From contig CAMJIC010000001.1 of NCBI GenBank assembly GCA_946405675.1, positions 1-41,975 on the forward strand: a stretch of 41,975 nucleotides of DNA, in the 5' to 3' direction. Source of the DNA: an uncultured Clostridia bacterium (lineage in GTDB: Bacteria; Bacillota; Clostridia; Lachnospirales; Lachnospiraceae). Of this stretch, positions 25,039 to 32,940 are shown piece by piece. Under the pieces are notes generated by a model. That model was given only the letters and a program-made list of their open reading frames with translations. It did not search any database and was not told where the DNA came from. Position numbers and translations under genes: made by a program. The stretch's first letter is position 1, and each line of letters begins with the position of its first letter.

Positions 25039-27225
25039 TCACACATCCACTCTCTGCCGCTCTACCAGCTTCGCGAAAGCCCCCTCTTTCGCGATCAGCT
25101 CCTCATAGGTTCCCTGTTCCACGATCCTTCCGCCGTCCATCATCAGGATCCGGTCACAGTTGCGGATCGTGGAAAGCCTGTGCGCGATCACGATCCTGGT
25201 ACACTTGAGCGAATCCAGAGAATCCGAAACGATCTTCTGTGTGATATTGTCCAGCGCGCTCGTCGCTTCGTCAAACATCAGAACAGACGGGTTGCCTGCG
25301 ATCGCGCGGGCAATCATCAGCCTCTGCTTCTGCCCGCCGGAGATCCCGCCTCCGCCTTCCTGTACCAATGTATTCATGCCCATGGGCATGTGCCGCAGAT
25401 CCTCCTTCATGCCAACCATCTCCGCAACCCTCCAGGCATCTTCCTCGGTCATCGATGGGTTGGAAATGGAAATATTCGAATAAATGCTCCCCTGAAACAG
25501 ATTGCCTGACTGAAGCACAACGCCGATCCTGCGGCGAAGGGATTTCAGGTCGAGCATCTGGATGTCCCGGCCGTCATAGTAAATACCGCCCTTATCCGGC
25601 TTCTCGAATCCCAGAAGCAGACGCATCAGAGTGGATTTCCCGCAGCCAGTCCTGCCGACGATGGCGACATACTCGCCCCGCTTGATCTTCAGGGACAGGT
25701 TCTGCAGTACATAGGGCATCTTTTCCGAATAACGGAAGGAAACATGGTTGATCTCAATGCTTCCGCCCAGACGCTCCAGCACCTCTTTTTCTTCCTGCAG
25801 CTCGGGAGCTGTCTCAAACAGCGGCTTCGCCATCTCCAGCGCAGGCCGCACTCCTGCCACAGCCGCAGCTGCGCCTACCAGACCGGTGAACGCGCCGGAC
25901 ACCAGCGCGTAAGCCGTATTGAACGCCATGTAATCCGCCGCGGAAACGCCTCCCTTCAATGCCAGGTAATACATCACGACCGTTCCGCCCAGCGTGATCA
26001 TCTGGGAGATTGGCCCGTTCATCTTCACGATAAAGGGCGGATTGTAGCTCAGATGGGCGGATGGCGCATAGCTCTGAGCCCATTTCGCAAATGCCCGCTT
26101 CTCAGCTCCTGCCACCTTGATCTTCGGGATGCCGTTCAGAAGCGCGAGCACCATACCTGTTTCCTTGCTGTCATATTCCATCCTGCGCTTTGTCACATTC
26201 ATCTGAAGCAAAGCCGTCGCAAGGGACAGGCCTGCCGTCAGAAGCGACAGGATCACGGACGGAACCAGCAGAATCGGCGCAAAATGAAAAATCTGAAACA
26301 GGTATACCAGCGAGAACCCTGCGGTCAGGAAGATCGAGAAAAAGGTCGAAGAAAATGTGGAGCACACAACGGTCACCGCCGATACCCGGCTCGTCAGTTC
26401 ACCGGAGTTGAACCGGTTAAAGAACGAGATAGGCAGGGACAGGATCCGCATCATCGACGCGCTTTCCACCTGCATGTTCAGCTGGCTTTGGATGTTCTGG
26501 CCGAAGATGGTCTTGACCAGGTCAAACATCTGCCTTGACAGTTCGGAAAGCAGCAAAACCAGAACCAGGCAGATCAGGACACTGCGGTTTCCCGATGCCA
26601 GGAACTGAGAATCATAGATCTTGCGCGTGATCCTGGGGCCGATCGTCTGAATCAGTGTCACGACTCCTGTCAGGGCAATCATCCAGACAAAGTCACGGGG
26701 CCTCAGCAGCGAGATTACATACAGAAAAACTTCCTTGACCGAAATGGATTTCAGCGGAAACGGCTTGTAGAAGCACATGGCATCCACGCTCAGTTCACCC
26801 GCCGTTTTCGCGTTGACATCTTCCCTGCTCCCGTTGGAGGGATCTACGATCGAATATCCATGCAGCTTTCCAGGAATCAGCGCAACGACTGAACCATCCT
26901 TGCGCGTTCCCAGCATCGCACCGCTGGCATCCTTATACCAGTTTTCCGTCAGACGGACATTTCTGTGCAGGATCCCGGCGGGCCTGAGCAGGTAATCCAG
27001 GATCTCTTTTGAATCATCAATATTTTCCGGAAGCTTCCTCGCGTGGACACGATAATACTTTAAGATCTCTCCCACAGCTCTGGAAGCCATCTCCCGGTCA
27101 GACTGGAACAAAACCTCTATCTTCTTTTTCCCGCTGACTGCATTTGCCATTGTGGCATAGGCATCAGACAGAATATCGTCATCATTCTGTATCCGCTGCC
27201 GGATCTGTTCATCAAACCATCCCAA
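25039..27225 (-). CDS. NHLP-type bacteriocin export ABC transporter, permease/ATPase subunit (no recognisable catalytic peptidase)
   Basis: N-terminus (M)GWFDEQIR from TTG 27225 with AGGAG RBS (track start is 27276); WYKDASGAML; Walker A GRTGCGKST; ISGGQKQR; FDEATSALDN. Confidence 0.9.
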   Translation of the reverse strand: MGWFDEQIRQRIQNDDDILSDAYATMANAVSGKKKIEVLFQSDREMASRAVGEILKYYRVHARKLPENIDDSKEILDYLLRPAGILHRNVRLTENWYKDASGAMLGTRKDGSVVALIPGKLHGYSIVDPSNGSREDVNAKTAGELSVDAMCFYKPFPLKSISVKEVFLYVISLLRPRDFVWMIALTGVVTLIQTIGPRITRKIYDSQFLASGNRSVLICLVLVLLLSELSRQMFDLVKTIFGQNIQSQLNMQVESASMMRILSLPISFFNRFNSGELTSRVSAVTVVCSTFSSTFFSIFLTAGFSLVYLFQIFHFAPILLVPSVILSLLTAGLSLATALLQMNVTKRRMEYDSKETGMVLALLNGIPKIKVAGAEKRAFAKWAQSYAPSAHLSYNPPFIVKMNGPISQMITLGGTVVMYYLALKGGVSAADYMAFNTAYALVSGAFTGLVGAAAAVAGVRPALEMAKPLFETAPELQEEKEVLERLGGSIEINHVSFRYSEKMPYVLQNLSLKIKRGEYVAIVGRTGCGKSTLMRLLLGFEKPDKGGIYYDGRDIQMLDLKSLRRRIGVVLQSGNLFQGSIYSNISISNPSMTEEDAWRVAEMVGMKEDLRHMPMGMNTLVQEGGGGISGGQKQRLMIARAIAGNPSVLMFDEATSALDNITQKIVSDSLDSLKCTRIVIAHRLSTIRNCDRILMMDGGRIVEQGTYEELIAKEGAFAKLVERQRVDV

Positions 27226-27272
27226 AGCGCTTCCGCTCCTTTTCATCTCAATCACACTGAGGAACTGAACTG

Positions 27273-29468
27273 TCACTCGCTGGATACCAGCTCTTTATAA
27301 AGCCCGCCCATGGCATACAGTTCCTTGTGTGTCCCGCGTTCCATCACGCGCCCATGATCCATCACAATGATCTCGTCGCAGTCACGGATCGTGGAAAGCC
27401 GGTGCGCGACTACAATACAGGTCACGCCTCTCTCATGCACGGACTCCACGACCTCCGCCTCTGTCCTTGCATCCAGCGCGCTGGTCGCCTCATCCATGAT
27501 CAGGACCGTCGGATCCTGCGCCAGCACACGCGCGATCTCCAGCCGCTGCCTCTGTCCGCCGGAAAGATCCTTCCCATTCTCATGCAGGACATAATTGTAG
27601 CCTCCGTCGCGGGTGATGATATCCGAATGAATGCTGGCATCCCGCGCGGCAAGGATCATCTCAAAGTTTTCAATGGAGCTGTCCCACATCTTAATGTTCG
27701 CCGCGATCGTATCCTCAAACAGCGTCACATCCTGATCCACCTTTGCGACAGATCCGGTAAACAGATTCCGGTCGATCTCATCGATCCGCTTCCCGTCAAA
27801 AAGGATCTCGCCGCTCCAAGGCTTGTAAAGTCCTGTCAGAAGCTTCGCGAGCGTCGACTTTCCGCAGCCGGACGCTCCGACAAACGCGACTTTTTGTCCC
27901 GGCTCAATGGTCATATTGAAGTTTTCGATCAGCGGCTTCGCCAGGGGAGAATACCCGAAGGTCACATTTTTCATCTCCACCCTTCCCCGCAGCTTGGAAT
28001 AACTGATCTCATGATTCAAGGCCAGTGAATCAGGGGAAACGTCTGTGGGATATTCGAGGACATCCTCGATCCGTTCCATGTCTGTACGCATCTCCCGGAT
28101 CAGATCCCTGGCGGAAGTCAGCTGAACCACCGGTGCGGAGAAGCTGGTCAGAAGCGTCTGGAACCCGAACAGCATACCGATGGAAAAATGCCCCGACATC
28201 GTGAAGAGCAGCCCCAGCGCCAGGATCACGTCATTGGTCAGCTGCGTGACAAAGGACAGGATCAGCCCATAATACTGCGTAATATGCTGTCCCGTCATGT
28301 CCTGCCGGTTTACGGAGGCCTGGTAGCCGGCCCAGCGGCTGAAGAACTCATCCTCCACACCGCTTGCCTTGATGGTTTCTATCATCTCAATGCCGGACAC
28401 CGTGGCCGACTGCAGCTTTGCGGCATCGCGCATCCGGACCCTGGAAATGTTGATCTTCTTGTTGGAGATATACTTCTGCAGCGCACTGTTGATCACCAGC
28501 GAAGAGATCCCGATCAACGACAGGAGCACGTTATAACGGAGCATAACAAACAAATAGAAGATCATCATGCCCGTGTTCAGGATCAGCGGAGTGAACGTAT
28601 TGATCATCGTCGACGCGATCGTCGCATTGGTCTGCTTCCGCATCGCGATATCGCCTGTCATTCTCTGGGAAAAGAACTCGATGGGCAGACGCAGGACGTG
28701 CCACATATACTCGCTGTTTGAGGTGACTGCCAGTTTTCCTTCCATCTTCAGGCTGAATATGCGTTCAACCACAGCCGTGACCATCGAGATCACCGAAACA
28801 GCCGTGACTATGATCAGAAACGGCGTCACCCATTCCGGGCTTTTTCCGGAAAGCAGCCGGTCCAGGAAGACCCGCTGGAATGCCGGATTCACCATGCCTA
28901 CCATGGCTGTGATCGCAGACAGGGCAACAGCGAACGCAAAAGAGGGGCCGAGCCCCTTCATCTTCTTCTTCACGAAGCCCATGATGCTCTTCGGCTCCCC
29001 TTCCGGGACAAATTGATCTCCCGGAGAAAGCTCGATGATGATCCCGGAGAAGCTGCTTTCAAACTCCTCCATGGATACTTCCACAACGCCCCTGGCAGGG
29101 TCATTGAGCACGGCCCTCCCCTTCCGGAAGCCATCCAGCACCACAAAATGATTATTATTCCAGAACAGAATACACGGGAAGATTCCCTCTTCCTTCAGGT
29201 AAGAGGCTTCCACCTTGTATCCGTCTGCATGCATCCCATAGTTAATCGCCGCCAGGCGCACGTGGTTCGCATTGGACCCGTCCCTGGAGACTCCGCAGTC
29301 CTTCCTGACCTGTTCCAGGGGAACCCATTTCCCATAATAGGCAAGGATCATGTCCAGACACGCTGCCCCGCATTCCAGGGCTTCCAGCTGCATGATCACC
29401 GGAACCTTTGCCACTTTTTTCCCTGTCACAGGTTCTGCCGCGGCTTTTGTCTTATTCCAAATACTCAT
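27273..29468 (-). CDS. NHLP-type bacteriocin export ABC transporter with C39 peptidase domain
   Basis: VPVIMQLEALECGAACL (Cys), CGVSRDGS, WNNNHFVV (His), NDPARG (Asp), GASGCGKST, LSGGQRQR, MDEATSALD. Confidence 0.93.
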   Translation of the reverse strand: MSIWNKTKAAAEPVTGKKVAKVPVIMQLEALECGAACLDMILAYYGKWVPLEQVRKDCGVSRDGSNANHVRLAAINYGMHADGYKVEASYLKEEGIFPCILFWNNNHFVVLDGFRKGRAVLNDPARGVVEVSMEEFESSFSGIIIELSPGDQFVPEGEPKSIMGFVKKKMKGLGPSFAFAVALSAITAMVGMVNPAFQRVFLDRLLSGKSPEWVTPFLIIVTAVSVISMVTAVVERIFSLKMEGKLAVTSNSEYMWHVLRLPIEFFSQRMTGDIAMRKQTNATIASTMINTFTPLILNTGMMIFYLFVMLRYNVLLSLIGISSLVINSALQKYISNKKINISRVRMRDAAKLQSATVSGIEMIETIKASGVEDEFFSRWAGYQASVNRQDMTGQHITQYYGLILSFVTQLTNDVILALGLLFTMSGHFSIGMLFGFQTLLTSFSAPVVQLTSARDLIREMRTDMERIEDVLEYPTDVSPDSLALNHEISYSKLRGRVEMKNVTFGYSPLAKPLIENFNMTIEPGQKVAFVGASGCGKSTLAKLLTGLYKPWSGEILFDGKRIDEIDRNLFTGSVAKVDQDVTLFEDTIAANIKMWDSSIENFEMILAARDASIHSDIITRDGGYNYVLHENGKDLSGGQRQRLEIARVLAQDPTVLIMDEATSALDARTEAEVVESVHERGVTCIVVAHRLSTIRDCDEIIVMDHGRVMERGTHKELYAMGGLYKELVSSE

Positions 29469-29536
29469 CTGCCAAGTTTCCCATTCGGCTCCAGCCTTCT
29501 GATACTGCTGTCGTGTGATTGACGGCTGTCAATCGA

Positions 29537-30751
29537 TCAGCTTCCCCCGCCAGCATCCGTCAGAAACGAAGCAGGCGCAACATATTCTGTCTTCACCTCT
29601 CCGTTTTGATCTGTCGTCTTCATCTCGACCCTTGCCGCATATCCCCAGATAATCCCTGCAGCAAGCAGAACCAGCATCGCAGCCACCAGCAGCCACATGC
29701 CCGGTGTCGTGACACGGATATAATCATCCACCTGTTCCGGAGACGAGATCCGTAAAGGCTTTTTCCCTTTGGAATCATCCTTCTTTGAGGGCGCATCCTT
29801 ACGATCCTTCCCGTCCTGAGCGGAATCGGCAGGCCACGCATCATCCGTTCCATTCGGCTGAGCCGGAGCTGAGCCGGGTGCCCCCTGCGGCTGAACCGGA
29901 GCTGAGCCGGGTGCCCCCTGCGGTTGAACCGGACGAGTGCCTGCGGTTCCCTGCGGCTGAGCATACTGTGCGCCGGATGCCTCCCTTGGTTGAACCTGCT
30001 GTCCTCTCAGACTGCCCTGTGCCTGACCTGCCTCATAATTCGGCTGGCCGTAATACAGATTCGGCTGGCCGGAGTACATTCTCGATGCTCCCTGAGACTG
30101 ACCGGTGTACGGATTCTGCGCGGTCTGTCCCTGTCCGGGAGCTGCACCTGCCGCACCTTGACGCTGGCCTGAATATACGCCGGATCCTCCCTGACCCTGG
30201 CCGACATATGCCCCCTGGCCCTGACGAAGCCAGGTTCCCGCTGCTCCCTGGCCCGGCCCGGCATACGCACCCTGATCCTGACGAAGCCAGGTTCCCGCTG
30301 CTCCCTGGCCCGGCCCGGCATACGCGCCCTGATTCTGGCGAAGATAGGTTCCCGATCCGCCTTGCCCCTGACGGGAATAGGCTCCTGCCCCGTCCTGTGT
30401 CTGACTTGCATACTGATTCCAGGTGCCCTGCCCCTGTCCGGCATACGCTCTCGCTGCACCCTGTGCCTGGCCCGCATACGTACGTGCTGCACCCTGTGTC
30501 CCACTGTTGTACACGCCAGACGCACCCTGTACCTGCTGAGAATAAATACCTGCCTCACCCTGTGTCTGGCGGGCATACTGGCGGGCATACTGACGCCCAT
30601 CGCCCTGCACCTGGCGAGAATATCCTGCTGCAGCCCCGGGATTCTGGCGGCCATACTGATTCCGGCTGTCCGGCGCCTGTCCGGCATAAGCATCCGGCAT
30701 CCCCTGAGCCTGAGGCCTTGATTCCCCTTTCACTTCGGTTCCCTGTTCCAT
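29537..30751 (-). CDS. NHLP-exporter accessory (HlyD-position) protein, minimal membrane module fused to a long Gln/Gly/Ala/Tyr-rich repeat region
   Basis: RISSPEQVDDYIRVTTPGMW plus a TM helix near the C-terminus. ATG 30751 has a GGGGAG RBS; the track start at 30802 lies inside a MITE fragment. Confidence 0.75.
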   Translation of the reverse strand: MEQGTEVKGESRPQAQGMPDAYAGQAPDSRNQYGRQNPGAAAGYSRQVQGDGRQYARQYARQTQGEAGIYSQQVQGASGVYNSGTQGAARTYAGQAQGAARAYAGQGQGTWNQYASQTQDGAGAYSRQGQGGSGTYLRQNQGAYAGPGQGAAGTWLRQDQGAYAGPGQGAAGTWLRQGQGAYVGQGQGGSGVYSGQRQGAAGAAPGQGQTAQNPYTGQSQGASRMYSGQPNLYYGQPNYEAGQAQGSLRGQQVQPREASGAQYAQPQGTAGTRPVQPQGAPGSAPVQPQGAPGSAPAQPNGTDDAWPADSAQDGKDRKDAPSKKDDSKGKKPLRISSPEQVDDYIRVTTPGMWLLVAAMLVLLAAGIIWGYAARVEMKTTDQNGEVKTEYVAPASFLTDAGGGS

Positions 30752-30795
30752 ATTGATCTCCCCTGTCACACCGGATCCGGAAAGAGAATGGATCC

Positions 30796-30845
30796 CTTTC
30801 ATACACCCTCAGCAGCAAGTACTTCGGGCTGTCCTGAACAGTTAC
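30796..30845. mobile_element. Terminal 50-bp fragment of the MITE
   Basis: CTTTCATACACCCTCAGCAGCAAGTACTTCGGGCTGTCCTGAACAGTTAC, 48/50 identical to 697-746. Confidence 0.88.
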
Positions 30846-30857
30846 ATAATTTCTTCA

Positions 30858-30886
30858 ATCATATCAATTCCTGATGCCAAATGCAA
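30858..30886 (-). promoter_or_regulatory. sigma70 promoter for the NHLP exporter genes
   Basis: TTGCAT-17 nt-TATGAT with extended -10 TG. Confidence 0.65.
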
Positions 30887-30902
30887 TCCTGCCCGAAATG
30901 CA

Positions 30903-30935
30903 AAACAGTTCAGAACCATCGGTTCTGAACTGTTT
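30903..30935. repeat. Perfect 15-bp-arm palindrome related to the MITE end; may terminate the beta-helix gene
   Basis: AAACAGTTCAGAACC-ATC-GGTTCTGAACTGTTT. Confidence 0.8.
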
Positions 30936-30939
30936 CAGG

Positions 30940-30999
30940 ATCACTTTGAAAATCACTTTGAAAATCACTTTGAAGATCACTTTGAAGATCACTTTGAGA
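30940..30999. repeat. 12-bp tandem repeat, 5 copies
   Basis: ATCACTTTGAAA x2, ATCACTTTGAAG x2, ATCACTTTGAGA; the last unit contains the stop codon of the beta-helix gene. Confidence 0.95.
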
Positions 31000-32527
31000 T
31001 CTTGTTTCCCGAATCCGTCTTCAGCTGACTTTTGGATGCTTTGATTCCTGATCCGCCGCATCCTTTGACCGTATTCTTCCGGAGGGTTACATTCTTACCG
31101 CCGGTTACGCGAATCCCGTCAGATCCTGTATTCTCGATCCGGTTTCTTTCTATTTTGACGCCCTGGGTCTTCTCATTAATCAGAATCCCTACCGCCTTCT
31201 TGCCAGGACCACTCTTCTGGTTCTGGACCTTATTTCCAACGATCTTATCGTTCTCACTGAACTCCGTCCGGATCCCGCTTCCGAAGCTCACCTTCCCTTT
31301 GCTCTGGAGACTGCACGTCACGGTATTTCCGCTGACAGTAACGCCCTTGGTTCCTCTCAGCCAGATCCCGCCGCCGGCCACATTCATTGTCACCTTATTC
31401 CCGCTGACAGTAACGCCGCTTACGCGCCAGTCCCCCGCAGGCATAGTACCGGTCTTCCTCTTGAGCTTCTCTCCAAACACATAGATCCCATAATTGAGAT
31501 TATTATAATTGCTCCCATTCGCTCCTGCATCGATGGACAAAACATTGTCATAAATCCGGCAGTTCAGATTCATCGGAGCCGGTCTGGTATTGGATGTCAG
31601 CCTGGATTCATAGAAGTTCGCATGGCTACGGTCGCTGGCTGCGCACATAATCCCCGAACCGCATGCGGTAATCGTATTATGATACACGGAAGAATCCGTA
31701 TAGTTCAGCATACTGACCGCATAACCGGTAATATTACGGAAGGTATTGTCATGAATCCGGAATCCGCTGAAATAGCTGTTCGCAATTGCCGTATGAGAAC
31801 CCACGCCCCGCTTCAGCGTATCAAATGTACATCCGCTGATCTCCACGTTTTTGCAGGGAGTCTCATCCGTCACGGAATGATAACCGCTGAAATGCTTGCC
31901 GGCCGTACCGGAAAGAACCTCAAACTGGATCGCCTCGCCATTGTATGCATCTCCGAAATTCCCGGAATAGCCCGTAAAGGTACAGTTGATGATCCTGATA
32001 TTCTGGCAGCCGCCAAATTCCAGATGATGCGCCGTGTTGACATTCTGGAACGTTACGCCATCAAAGGACAGGTTCTGTGCATGCCCCATCTGCATGATGC
32101 TGGTTGAGAAGCCATTGTTGTCCCATGTACCGCCGATAAAGCTGATATCGGAAAAATCCGGCGAATAACCGCTCCTGCCGGCCCCGCCATTATATTCGTC
32201 CCAGTCAGCTTCTTTTGCCCCAAGACGAAGCATGGAATGAGCGCCATCCTGATTCGTAAGTGTAACACCCTGCATGGAAACCGTAGTATTCCCCCATACC
32301 CTCAGCTGGTCAACAACATAGTTCCCCGGCGGAATCACGATCGTCGTCATCCCCGGCCAGGACCTGGACTCCTTCGACACCTTATTAAATGCCTTGGAGA
32401 TATTCTCCCCCGGGCTGACCTGCAGCGTTACGGTCTGTGCTCCTGCCGCAAACGTCATGAGTACCGCAGCCAGGGCTGCCAGGAGAAGCCCCAACAGGAT
32501 ATTCCTGGTTTTCCTCATTTCAATCAT
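30989..32527 (-). CDS. Secreted right-handed parallel beta-helix (pectin lyase-like fold) protein
   Basis: Sec signal peptide (RKTR, hydrophobic core, AGA); IVIPPGNY; repeated IxNCTF/VSGNxV/IERNRI units. ATG 32527 has an AAGGAG RBS (track start is 32569). Confidence 0.85.
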   Translation of the reverse strand: MIEMRKTRNILLGLLLAALAAVLMTFAAGAQTVTLQVSPGENISKAFNKVSKESRSWPGMTTIVIPPGNYVVDQLRVWGNTTVSMQGVTLTNQDGAHSMLRLGAKEADWDEYNGGAGRSGYSPDFSDISFIGGTWDNNGFSTSIMQMGHAQNLSFDGVTFQNVNTAHHLEFGGCQNIRIINCTFTGYSGNFGDAYNGEAIQFEVLSGTAGKHFSGYHSVTDETPCKNVEISGCTFDTLKRGVGSHTAIANSYFSGFRIHDNTFRNITGYAVSMLNYTDSSVYHNTITACGSGIMCAASDRSHANFYESRLTSNTRPAPMNLNCRIYDNVLSIDAGANGSNYNNLNYGIYVFGEKLKRKTGTMPAGDWRVSGVTVSGNKVTMNVAGGGIWLRGTKGVTVSGNTVTCSLQSKGKVSFGSGIRTEFSENDKIVGNKVQNQKSGPGKKAVGILINEKTQGVKIERNRIENTGSDGIRVTGGKNVTLRKNTVKGCGGSGIKASKSQLKTDSGNKISK

Positions 32528-32940
32528 TACAATCACTCCTTTCCTGCCTTCCCAAGTAGTTCCATCCATTTCAGGAAATCCTCCATATGGGCTGATTCAG
32601 TTTCCATCCAATAAGGAAAGATCACCTGAAAAGTCCGAATTGTTACCGTGACAGTATATCACAAGCTCCCGCCAAACGTCTCTATGCAAAATGTTAATAG
32701 CATTGCAGAATATTCTCAGATCGTTACAAGTCATGCCCCTGCCTGCAGGCCGGGGTGCGGCCTGCTATCCTTCGGGCCGTCCTGAACCAGCTGCAGCAGC
32801 TGCTCCCTTTCCACGAACAGCAAAATATGATAACATCCCTGTAATTGATCGTTTATTCATCTCATGCAGAATCGTCAAGAATATCAGGACAGGCAACAAT
32901 AAAACTGCCCCGCTATCATCACTGATTTGGAGACTTTACC

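Noticed and set aside
30864-31061. 65-aa ORF with KVIF repeats as a bacteriocin precursor
   Set aside because: It is an alternative-frame translation of the 12-bp tandem repeat, overlaps the beta-helix gene and has no double-glycine leader.
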